DNA of 39,803 nucleotides from Gemmatimonadales bacterium (GTDB lineage Bacteria; Gemmatimonadota; Gemmatimonadetes; Gemmatimonadales; GWC2-71-9): the NCBI GenBank assembly GCA_050733055.1, contig JBOHSI010000205.1, positions 1-39,803 of the forward strand, read 5' to 3'. The notes under the pieces were generated by a model, which did not search any database, was not told the origin of the DNA, and saw only the letters and a program-made list of their open reading frames with translations. A program made the translations under genes and the position numbers. Each line of letters begins with the position of its first letter. Position 1 is the stretch's first letter. Of this stretch, positions 24,133 to 31,649 are shown piece by piece.

Positions 24133-24537
24133 TTGAACGCCCGCTCGACAGCCCTGTCGCTCGCCACGGTGGCCGTCCTCTCGGCGTGCGGCGGCGCGAG
24201 CAGCCAGGCGAGGAGTCGCGAGCCCGCACCAGCGCGCAGCGGCGACGTCGTCACGAGAGAGGAACTCGAAAAGAGCTCGTCCAACTCCAGTCTGTACGAG
24301 GCCCTCCGCAGTCTCCGGCCCAACTGGTTCCGCAAGATCCCGACGACGCTTCGCCCCCAGGCGGAAGGAGACATCGTCGTCTACCTCGACCAAAGCCGCC
24401 TCGGCGGCCTCGAGTCGCTGCGGACGATCTTCGTCTCGTCCGTCACGACGGTGAGGTATTACAGCCCGTCTGAGGCCCAGGGTCGTTTCGGTCTGGGACA
24501 CCTCCATGGCGCCATCCAGGTCAGCACGTTGCGATGA
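24133..24537 (+). CDS. Small lipoprotein with TonB-dependent-receptor plug-like domain
   Basis: TTG start with CAGGAG 6 nt upstream. Lipobox 'VLSAC'. 'VVTREELEKS...LYEALRSLRPNWF...IVVYLDQSRLGGLESLRTI...VRYYSPSEAQGRFG...GAIQVST' follows the plug-domain pattern. It is a paralog of 25969..26358. Confidence 0.5.
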   Translation: MNARSTALSLATVAVLSACGGASSQARSREPAPARSGDVVTREELEKSSSNSSLYEALRSLRPNWFRKIPTTLRPQAEGDIVVYLDQSRLGGLESLRTIFVSSVTTVRYYSPSEAQGRFGLGHLHGAIQVSTLR

Positions 24538-24577
24538 GGGCCCTGCTCGGCCTCGCGGCGATGGGGCTCGCGCCCCG

Positions 24578-25102
24578 ATGACCGCCACGATTGCCCGTCC
24601 CGAGGCCACCGAGTACGCTCCGTTCTACGGCACGTACGTGTCCAAGGTGCCGGAAGGCGATCTCCTCGAAGCGTTGGAGGCACAAAGACGCGAAACCCAG
24701 GCACTCCTGAAGGCCATCCCCGAGGCGAAGGCGCTGCACCGCTATGCCCCGGGGAAGTGGAGCGTTAAAGAAGTCGTCGGCCACCTGGCGGACACCGAGC
24801 GTGTGTTCTGTTACCGTGCGCTCCGGTTCGCGCGCGGCGACCAGACGCCGCTGGCGGGGTTCGACGAGAAAGCGTACGTACCCGCGGGCGGGTTCGATGC
24901 CCGCCCCGTGGCGGACCTCGCAGCGGAACTGGACGCGGTGCGGCGCGCGACGATCGCGCTGCTCGGAAGCCTCGACGCCGCAGCGCTCGCACGCCGGGGC
25001 ACGGCCGACGGCAAGGAGGTGTCGGTGCGGGCCCTAGCCTACATCATCGCCGGCCACGAGCGCCACCACTTCGCGATCCTGCGGGAGCGCTACTTGACAT
25101 GA
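24578..25102 (+). CDS. DinB-family (DinB_2) metal-dependent protein
   Basis: Internal ATG (MTATIARPEATEYAPFYGTY...). 'KWSVKEVVGHLADTERVF' and 'IAGHERHHFAILRERY' supply the DinB His triad context. Confidence 0.7.
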   Translation: MTATIARPEATEYAPFYGTYVSKVPEGDLLEALEAQRRETQALLKAIPEAKALHRYAPGKWSVKEVVGHLADTERVFCYRALRFARGDQTPLAGFDEKAYVPAGGFDARPVADLAAELDAVRRATIALLGSLDAAALARRGTADGKEVSVRALAYIIAGHERHHFAILRERYLT

Positions 25103-25506
25103 AGCCGGCGGTGGGACAGCGGGCCCACCGCACCCTGACGCTCGAGCCCGAGCACGTCGCGACTTACGCCCGGCTCACCGGCGACTACAACCCGCTGCAC
25201 TTCGACGCGGCGTTCGCCGCTCGGACGACGTTCGGGAAGCTCGTCGTCCAGGGCGGCCTCACCACGGGATTGCTGCACGCGCTCGTCGCCACGGACTTGC
25301 CCGGTCCAGGGACCGTCTTCCTGAGCCAGAACTGGACGTTTACGGCACCCGTTTTCATAGGCGACACGATCACGGCGGAGGTCGAGGTCGTGAGCGTGCA
25401 TGAGAGCAAGCCGGTGTGCCAGCTGCGGATCCAGGTGACGCGCCAGACGGGGGAGACGGTGCTCGAAGGCGAGGCGTGGTGCTATACGTTCGACGGCGGG
25501 GCGTGA
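25099..25506 (+). CDS. MaoC-like (R)-specific enoyl-CoA hydratase / hotdog-fold dehydratase
   Basis: 135-aa ORF. ATGA overlap with the DinB gene. 'YARLTGDYNPLHFDAAFA...FGKLVVQGGL' is the MaoC hydratase motif. Confidence 0.75.
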   Translation: MKPAVGQRAHRTLTLEPEHVATYARLTGDYNPLHFDAAFAARTTFGKLVVQGGLTTGLLHALVATDLPGPGTVFLSQNWTFTAPVFIGDTITAEVEVVSVHESKPVCQLRIQVTRQTGETVLEGEAWCYTFDGGA

Positions 25507-25507
25507 C

Positions 25508-25654
25508 TCAGAAGCGGACGCTCACCCCGCCGTACACCTGGTCGTATCCGTCCATCCCGCCCCGCTGCCGTGTCGCGGACAGCATCGCGTACCACGCGCG
25601 CGCGAGTGTCACGTCGATGTCGGCCCCCACCCACGTCACGGCACTGCAACCGGG
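25508..25654 (-). pseudogene. C-terminal remnant of an outer-membrane beta-barrel protein
   Basis: Hand translation of the minus strand gives '...VTWVGADIDVTLARAWYAMLSATRQRGGMDGYDQVYGGVSVRF*'. It has alternating beta-strand character and a terminal Phe typical of OMP C-termini. Only about 48 codons are open and no start is present. Confidence 0.35.
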
Positions 25655-25659
25655 TCACG

Positions 25660-25962
25660 CTCTCCTACCGTAACGACGCGTTCAGTCGCATCAAGGAACG
25701 CAACGCCCAGCGCCTGCGGGACGACACCAAGCGCGGGAAGCTGCAGGTGATTTTCAACTCACAGCCCGTCGAGATCCGCGAGCGGTCGGTGCTCCTCGAC
25801 GTGGCGGGGGAGGTCCGCGAACTCCCGAACGACTACGTGTGGGTGTTCGCGGGCGGGACGCCGCCGAACGAGTTGCTGCGGAAGATCGGCGTGCAGGTGG
25901 GGCCGCGCGATCTGACCCGCGAGGTGGGGGCGGGGGCGAAGCTGGCGCTGCGGACTGCGTGA
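25660..25962 (+). pseudogene. C-terminal remnant of an FAD/NAD(P)-dependent (thioredoxin-reductase-like) oxidoreductase
   Basis: 'LSYRNDAFSRIKERNAQRL...GKLQVIFNSQPVEIRERSVLLDV...LPNDYVWVFAGGTPPNELLRKIGV' matches the last ~100 aa of the pyridine-nucleotide-disulfide oxidoreductase fold. No N-terminal FAD (GxGxxG) part exists upstream. Confidence 0.45.
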
Positions 25963-25968
25963 ACGTCG

Positions 25969-26358
25969 CTACCGCTTCAGCGTCACCACGATCGCTGGGC
26001 CGTCGGTGGGCCCATAACGACTCGCCGCCTGGTTCCCGCTGAGCCAGCGTAGCTCGAAGACGCGCTCGGCCGGAATCGTCTTTAGGTAGTCCACGTCGCC
26101 CGCGTCGACGTCGTTCAAGTACACGTGCACCTGCGCCGCTTGGAGAGGGTCGTCGGGTCTTCCCGACAGGACCAGCTCGCGCGACTTCAGCCAGCGGGGC
26201 CGCAGCCTCTGCACGGCGTCGTACGCGGTACCGACGTGCGGCTGCGCCCGCTCGATTTCCTCGGCCGTGATGACGTTGCTGCGCCGCTGCGCTTGGAGCG
26301 GCGCGGCGGCGAGCACGACGGCGCCCAGCACCAGTACCGTTCGCGTAAGCGCGAGCAT
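25969..26358 (-). CDS. Small secreted protein with TonB-dependent-receptor plug-like domain (paralog of 24133..24537)
   Basis: The ATG at 26358 (MLALTRTVLVLGAVVLAAAPLQA|Q) has GGGAGGGG 4 nt upstream. 'VITAEEIERAQ...AYDAVQRLRPRWL...VHVYLNDVDAGDVDYLKTIPAERV...SGNQAASRYGP...AIVVTLK'. Confidence 0.5.
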   Translation of the reverse strand: MLALTRTVLVLGAVVLAAAPLQAQRRSNVITAEEIERAQPHVGTAYDAVQRLRPRWLKSRELVLSGRPDDPLQAAQVHVYLNDVDAGDVDYLKTIPAERVFELRWLSGNQAASRYGPTDGPAIVVTLKR

Positions 26359-26388
26359 AGCCCCTCCCTTCAATGTCGCCGCGACCGG

Positions 26389-26497
26389 CTAGTGCCGTTC
26401 CAACTATTCGCGCCAAGTCATCGGACGCCCGGGGTGGCCACCGGCCCGCACACGATGCTCTCGGCAGGTTTGGCGAATCAAGTTGGAACGGCACTAG
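26389..26497. repeat. 109-bp element bounded by perfect 17-bp inverted repeats (MITE-like or structured RNA)
   Basis: CTAGTGCCGTTCCAACT at 26389..26405 and its exact reverse complement at 26481..26497. The stem can extend with ATTCGC/GCGAAT after a 2-nt bulge. An internal 10-bp palindrome GGTGGCCACC lies at 26433..26442. The right arm contains the ABC exporter stop codon. Confidence 0.7.
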
Positions 26498-28383
26498 CGG
26501 TACCCGGCCGCCTGGAGAGAAAACAACTCGGCGTACAGCCCGCCTCGCCCGACCAGCTCCTCGTGCGTGCCCTGATCGACGAGCTCGCCGCCCTGCAACA
26601 CCAGAATACGATCCGCCATGCGCACCGTCGAGAAGCGATGCGAGATGAGGACCGCCATGCGCCCTTTGGTGAGCTCGGCGAACCGCAGGAACACCTCGTA
26701 CTCGGCGCGGGCGTCGAGCGACGCCGTGGGCTCGTCGAGGATCAGCACCTGGGCGTCCCGCATGTAGGCGCGCCCCAGCGCCACCTTCTGCCACTCGCCC
26801 CCTGACAGCTCCACGCCCCCCTCGAAGCGGCGGCCGAGCATCTGGTCGTAGCCCTTCTCGAACCGCCCCGCCACCGAGTCGGCGAGGCTGCGGCGCGCCG
26901 CCTCCCGCACCCGCGTGTCGTCGTCCAGCGCCTCGACTTGGCTCACCCCGATGTTCTCCTTGAGGATGAAGTCGTAGCGCACGAAATCCTGGAAGATGAC
27001 GCCGATGTTCTTGCGCAGGCTCTCGAGGTCGTACTCGCGCAGGTCCACGCCGTCGAGCAGGATCCGCCCCTCGTCCGGATCGTACAGCCGGGCGAGCAGC
27101 TTCACGAGCGTCGTCTTTCCCGCCCCGTTCTCCCCCACCAGCGCGATGCGCTCGCCGGGCTCAAACTTGAACGTGAGGTGCCGCACCGCCCAGCGCTCCG
27201 AGCCGGGGTAGCGGAACCCGACGTCCTGGAACTCGAAACCGCGGCGGATCGACACCGGCACGGGCCACGCCCCTGAGCGCGAGACCACCCGCGGCTGGAC
27301 GTCGAAGAACGTGAACAGGTCGGAGAGGTACAGGCTCTGCTCGAACACCTGCGACAGCGACAGGAGGATCCGCTGGATCAGGTCGCGGCTCTGCCGGAAC
27401 GAGCCGGCGAGGAACGTCAGCGCGCCAATCGTGAAGCGGCCCAGCACGGTGAGGTAGATCGTGATCGCGTACGCGCCGTAGTAACCCAGGGTGCCGATCG
27501 TGACGAACAGCGTCGAGACCAGGTTCCGCTTTACCGCGAGGCGTTTGTTCGCCTCGTAGAACTCATCGGACAGCCTGGCGTAGCGTCCGACCAGAAAATC
27601 CGACAAGCCGAAAAGCTTGACCTCCTTCGCCATCTCGTCCGACGCCCCGACGTAGCGCAGGTAGTCGAGCAGCCGCCGCTCGGGGGTCCATTGAAAGAGG
27701 AGCGAGTATCCGAGCGCGGCGAAGTGCGTCTCGCCGAGGAACGACGGCAGCACCGCGACGACCAGCAGCAGCAGGAGCCATGGCAGCTGCACCAGCAGGA
27801 CGCCGGCGAGCGAGGCCAGCGTGACCATGTCCTGGCCCGTCGAGAGCAGCAGCGCGATGAGCCCGATCCGGCCCACCGTCTGGCGCCGCGCACGCTCGAG
27901 GTGGTCGTAGGTTTCGGCGTCCTCGTACTGCGCGAGGTCGAGCGTGGCCGCGTGCTGCATCAGCCGCACGCTGATGCGGTTCGAGAACAGATCGCCGAGC
28001 AGGCTCTCGAGCAATGACGAGAGACGGGCCAGGCCTTCCCCCGCCACGGCGATGCCGAGCTCCAGCGCCACCAGCCCGCCGAGGTACCACCAGTCCACAG
28101 GGTCGCCCGCCTCGCGCGCCTGCACGGCCGCGATCGCCCCATCGATGATCAGTTTTCCGATCCACAGCACTGCGAGCGGGACGAAGGAGCGGATCGCCCG
28201 CAGGGCGAGGATCGCGATGGTGTACCCGCGGTGCGTCCGGTAGACCAGCTTGAGCAGGGGTGGGACGTACTTCAGCGCCTGGAGTCGCTCGCCCCAGGTG
28301 GGCGGCTTGCCGTCGCCTCCCGAGAGCGGGCTCCTGGGGCGCGGGAGAATGCCGTGCGAGATGAACCGCGGTGCCGCCGTCAC
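26494..28383 (-). CDS. ABC exporter, fused permease/ATP-binding protein (MsbA/ABCB-type)
   Basis: 629-aa ORF. N-terminal 6-TM region. Walker A 'GENGAGKTT', signature 'LSGGEWQKV', Walker B 'VLILDEP'. Confidence 0.85.
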   Translation of the reverse strand: MTAAPRFISHGILPRPRSPLSGGDGKPPTWGERLQALKYVPPLLKLVYRTHRGYTIAILALRAIRSFVPLAVLWIGKLIIDGAIAAVQAREAGDPVDWWYLGGLVALELGIAVAGEGLARLSSLLESLLGDLFSNRISVRLMQHAATLDLAQYEDAETYDHLERARRQTVGRIGLIALLLSTGQDMVTLASLAGVLLVQLPWLLLLLVVAVLPSFLGETHFAALGYSLLFQWTPERRLLDYLRYVGASDEMAKEVKLFGLSDFLVGRYARLSDEFYEANKRLAVKRNLVSTLFVTIGTLGYYGAYAITIYLTVLGRFTIGALTFLAGSFRQSRDLIQRILLSLSQVFEQSLYLSDLFTFFDVQPRVVSRSGAWPVPVSIRRGFEFQDVGFRYPGSERWAVRHLTFKFEPGERIALVGENGAGKTTLVKLLARLYDPDEGRILLDGVDLREYDLESLRKNIGVIFQDFVRYDFILKENIGVSQVEALDDDTRVREAARRSLADSVAGRFEKGYDQMLGRRFEGGVELSGGEWQKVALGRAYMRDAQVLILDEPTASLDARAEYEVFLRFAELTKGRMAVLISHRFSTVRMADRILVLQGGELVDQGTHEELVGRGGLYAELFSLQAAGYR

Positions 28384-28403
28384 GCCTTAACTTCCCAGAG
28401 GGA

Positions 28404-28507
28404 TAGGGGTAGGGGTCAATATAAGGGCGGTAGGAGGCGGTAAGAGGCGGTAGGGGGCGGTAACGGGCGGTAAGGGGCGGTAGGGGGCGGTAAGAGGCGG
28501 TAGGGAT
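28404..28507. repeat. Tandem array of about 8 units of the 10-bp repeat TARGRGGCGG in a divergent intergenic region
   Basis: Exact 10-bp register from 28431: TAGGAGGCGG TAAGAGGCGG TAGGGGGCGG TAACGGGCGG TAAGGGGCGG TAGGGGGCGG TAAGAGGCGG TAGGGATCCG. Degenerate TAGGGG units lie at 28404..28416. The first four units match the 16740..16779 block at all but one position (C for G in the fourth unit). Confidence 0.85.
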
Positions 28508-28522
28508 CCGAAGGAGGCGCTC

Positions 28523-29785
28523 ATGTCGATCTGCAGGCGAGTTTTCGTAAAGTCCGGCGGTCTCGCGCTCGTGAGCTTGGGGCTCGACCCGCTCTTCCTG
28601 GCTCGAGCCGCCTTCGCCGCTTCCCGCTCCTTACCACCGCTTACCGCCTCTGCCCGCCCGGTTCTGGTTTGTGTTTTCCAGCGCGGCGCCGTGGACGGGC
28701 TCAACATGATCGTCCCGCACGGCGACCCGCTTTATTACCGCGAGCGGCCGCGGATCGCGATTCCGGAAAAGGACGTGGTCAAGCTGGACGGCTACTTCGG
28801 GCTGCATCCCCGACTCGCCGCCCTGAAACGGCTCTGGGACAACGGGAGTCTCGCGGCGATTCATGCGATCGGCTCCCCCGACTCCACGCGCAGCCACCTC
28901 GACGCGCAGGACTACATGGAAACGGCAACGCCCGGCCGGAAGGCCACGCCGGACGGCTGGCTCAACCGGTACTGCCAGCACGATCGGGAGCACCAGCACA
29001 CGCCGTTCCGCGCGGTCGCGTTCGGGCCGCAGCTGCCGCGCATCCTGGCGGGCTCCGCGCCAGCACTCGCGATCGAGAACCTCCAGACGTTCGGCCTGCG
29101 GGCGCCGCGGGAGGCGGCGCGGGACCGGCTCACTCGAGCGTTCGAGGAGCTGTACGCGAGCTCGGCGACCGGACTGCTTTCGTCCTCGTCGCAGGAAGCG
29201 TTCGAGGCCGTGCAGGTACTCAGGCGGGTGAACCCCACCCAGTACCAACCCGCGCGGGGAGCCGACTACCCGCGCGGCCGGTTGGGCCGCGGGCTGCTCC
29301 AGATCGCGCAGCTCATCAAGGCGAACGTCGGTCTGCGGGTGGCGTTCGCCGACGCGACCGGATGGGACACCCACGTGAATCAGGGTGCCAGCGAGGGTCA
29401 GCTGGCCACGCGGCTCGCGGAGTTCTGCCAGGCACTCGCGGCATTCGCGCGCGACCTCGGCGAGAGCATGCGGGACGTCGTGGTGCTCACGATGTCCGAG
29501 TTCGGCCGCACCGTCCGGGAGAACGGCAACTCGGGCACCGACCACGGCCACGCCACGGCGATGCTGGTCATGGGCGGCCCCGTGAACGGCGGGAAGGTAC
29601 TCGGGCGTTGGCCCGGGCTCGACCCCGCGAGCCGCTTCGAGGGCCGCGACGTCGCCGTTACCACCGATTTCCGAGATCTGTTCGCAGAGATCCTGGCGCG
29701 GCACCTCGGTGCGACCGATCTGGCGGCGATCTTCCCGGGGTTCACGCCGGATGCGGCCCGGTTCCCCGGGGCGATCAAAGGCTAA
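28523..29785 (+). CDS. DUF1501 family protein (sulfatase-fold) with Tat signal
   Basis: AAGGAGG lies 5 nt before the ATG. Twin-arginine 'CRRVFVKSGGLALVSLG'. 'VCVFQRGAVDGLNMIVPHGD', 'EFGRTVRENGNSGTDHGH' are typical DUF1501 blocks. Confidence 0.8.
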   Translation: MSICRRVFVKSGGLALVSLGLDPLFLARAAFAASRSLPPLTASARPVLVCVFQRGAVDGLNMIVPHGDPLYYRERPRIAIPEKDVVKLDGYFGLHPRLAALKRLWDNGSLAAIHAIGSPDSTRSHLDAQDYMETATPGRKATPDGWLNRYCQHDREHQHTPFRAVAFGPQLPRILAGSAPALAIENLQTFGLRAPREAARDRLTRAFEELYASSATGLLSSSSQEAFEAVQVLRRVNPTQYQPARGADYPRGRLGRGLLQIAQLIKANVGLRVAFADATGWDTHVNQGASEGQLATRLAEFCQALAAFARDLGESMRDVVVLTMSEFGRTVRENGNSGTDHGHATAMLVMGGPVNGGKVLGRWPGLDPASRFEGRDVAVTTDFRDLFAEILARHLGATDLAAIFPGFTPDAARFPGAIKG

Positions 29786-30815
29786 GAGGTTTTGATTCTT
29801 CCGGGACGATCGGCAGGTCGAGCCGGTCGGCCTGCCGTAGCACGCTGACCTTCGCCGGAACCCCGATCCCGTCAGCGGCCAGGGCCCGGTGCAGATCGTC
29901 GATGCCGGTCACCGGCTTTCCGTCGAACCCCACGATGATGTCTCCCGCCCGGACGCCCGCGCGGGCGGCCGGGCTGTTCTCCTCCACGCCCGTAACGAGC
30001 ACGCCGGTCTTCGACTCGAGCCCGTGCGCCCGCACCGCAAGGCGCAGCAGCGACACGTTCTGCCCCGCGACCCCGATCCGGCCGCGGCGGATCTTGCCGT
30101 GGCGGATGAGCTGGCCCGTCACGAACTTTGCCGTGTTGACCCCCACCGCGAAGCAGATCCCCTGCGCCGGCAGGATGACGGCCGTGTTGACGCCGACCAC
30201 CCGGCCCCTCGAGTCCACGAGCGGCCCCCCGGAGTTGCCGGGGTTGAGCGCGGCGTCGGTCTGGATGACGTCGTCGATCAGGCGCCCCGTCACCGAGCGG
30301 AACGAGCGCCCGAGCGCGCTCACCACCCCGGCCGTGACGGTGCTCTGAAAGCCGAGCGGGTTGCCGATCGCGATGACGAGCTGGCCGACCCGAAGGCTGG
30401 CGGAATCACCGAGCTCCGCCACGGTGATCGAGACCGGATCGACGCGCAGCACGGCGAGGTCGGTATCGGGATCGTCTCCGACGAGCTCGGCCCGCAGGCG
30501 GCGCCCGTCCGCGACCGCCGCGTCGATGCGCGTCGCGCCGTGCACCACGTGGCTGTTCGTGAGGACGAAGCCGTCCGGCGTGAACACGAAACCGGACCCG
30601 TTGCCGGGCAGCTCCCGCGCCGGCCGGCCCCGCCGCTCGACCCGGCGGCGCACCTCCACGCTGACCACGGCGGGTCCGACCTGTTCGGCGGCGCCGGTCA
30701 CCGCGCGAGAGTACGCGTCGAGTAGCTCCGCCTCCGCAGCAGAGGCGGGCGGCGAACCCGCGGCAGCGGGCCCGTCAGGATGGGAGTTGGCGAGGAACGC
30801 GAGTGTGGCGCTCAT
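29775..30815 (-). CDS. HtrA/DegP-family trypsin-like serine protease with PDZ domain
   Basis: Catalytic context 'TNSHVVHGA' (H), 'DTDLAVLRV' (D), 'GNSGGPLVD' (S). C-terminal PDZ 'GVLVTGVEENSPAARAGVRAGDIIVGFDGKPV'. Start is the ATG at 30815, or alternatively the GTG at 30854. Confidence 0.8.
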   Translation of the reverse strand: MSATLAFLANSHPDGPAAAGSPPASAAEAELLDAYSRAVTGAAEQVGPAVVSVEVRRRVERRGRPARELPGNGSGFVFTPDGFVLTNSHVVHGATRIDAAVADGRRLRAELVGDDPDTDLAVLRVDPVSITVAELGDSASLRVGQLVIAIGNPLGFQSTVTAGVVSALGRSFRSVTGRLIDDVIQTDAALNPGNSGGPLVDSRGRVVGVNTAVILPAQGICFAVGVNTAKFVTGQLIRHGKIRRGRIGVAGQNVSLLRLAVRAHGLESKTGVLVTGVEENSPAARAGVRAGDIIVGFDGKPVTGIDDLHRALAADGIGVPAKVSVLRQADRLDLPIVPEESKPLSL

Positions 30816-30913
30816 ACTTGGGGAACGCCGGACGGTTCCTGACCTCGGCTGCACGGCTTTTGTCCAGGATGTCCCCTACGCCCGTCTTCGATGTCTTTCG
30901 TATATTGTCGCCC

Positions 30914-31630
30914 ATGGAACTGGCAGGGTCGTTGGCCGTGATCACCGGCGCGACCGAGGGCATCGGCCGCGCTATCGCCTTCACGCTCGGCCGGGCCGGC
31001 GCCCGGGTCGCGATCTGCGCCCGCACGGGACCGAACGTGCGCGCCACGGTCGGGGAGCTGTGCGCCGCCGGGGTGGACGCCATCGGCGCACCGTGCGACG
31101 TCTCCGATCCAGCGGCGGTGGATCGCTTCGCCTCGTTCGTTACGACCCAGCGCGGCGCTGCGAAGGTTCTCGTCAACAACGCCGGCATCGGCCGGTTCCG
31201 GCCGCTCGACGAGCTGTCACTCGAGGACTGGGACCAGACGTTCGGGGTCAACGTCCGCTCGCTGTATCTCGTCAGCCGCGCCTTCCTCTCGGGGATGAAG
31301 GCGTCCGGCGGCGCCACCATCGTGAACATCGCCTCCCTCGCCGGCCGCAACGGCTTCGAGGGCGGCACGGCCTATTGCGCGTCCAAGCACGCCGTGCTCG
31401 GCTTTTCGAAAGCGCTGATGGCCGAGGTGCGCAAGCACAACGTTCGGGTCGTGGCGGTGTGTCCCGGGACCGTCGCCACGCCGTTCATGGACAAAGGCCC
31501 GCGCGCGGGACGTACCGACCGCGAGCGGGCGCTCATGGCGGAGGACGTGGCCCACGCGGTGCTCGCGACGCTCACGGTGGATGATCGAGCCATGATCAGC
31601 GAGCTAGACATTCGACCCACAAACCCGTGA
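30914..31630 (+). CDS. SDR family oxidoreductase
   Basis: 'VITGATEGIGRAIA' (TGxxxGIG), 'NNAG', 'YCASKHA' (YxxxK). The ATG at 30914 is preferred; the alternative is 30869. Confidence 0.8.
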   Translation: MELAGSLAVITGATEGIGRAIAFTLGRAGARVAICARTGPNVRATVGELCAAGVDAIGAPCDVSDPAAVDRFASFVTTQRGAAKVLVNNAGIGRFRPLDELSLEDWDQTFGVNVRSLYLVSRAFLSGMKASGGATIVNIASLAGRNGFEGGTAYCASKHAVLGFSKALMAEVRKHNVRVVAVCPGTVATPFMDKGPRAGRTDRERALMAEDVAHAVLATLTVDDRAMISELDIRPTNP

Positions 31631-31649
31631 ACGAACCTAGTCTGCCGCC

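Noticed and set aside
28404-28507. Considered whether the short tandem repeats are a CRISPR array.
   Set aside because: - The units are 10 bp and directly abutting, with no spacers.
- No cas genes are present.
- The same block recurs as an inverted array at 16737..16830.
- This is a simple tandem/dispersed repeat family, not CRISPR.
28387-28707. 106-aa minus-strand ORF translating as '...LPPLTAPYRPLPPVTAPYRLLPPPTA...'.
   Set aside because: - The periodic peptide is simply the complement of the 10-bp DNA repeat array. The complement strand of the unit has no stop codons.
- It also overlaps the well-supported DUF1501 start region.
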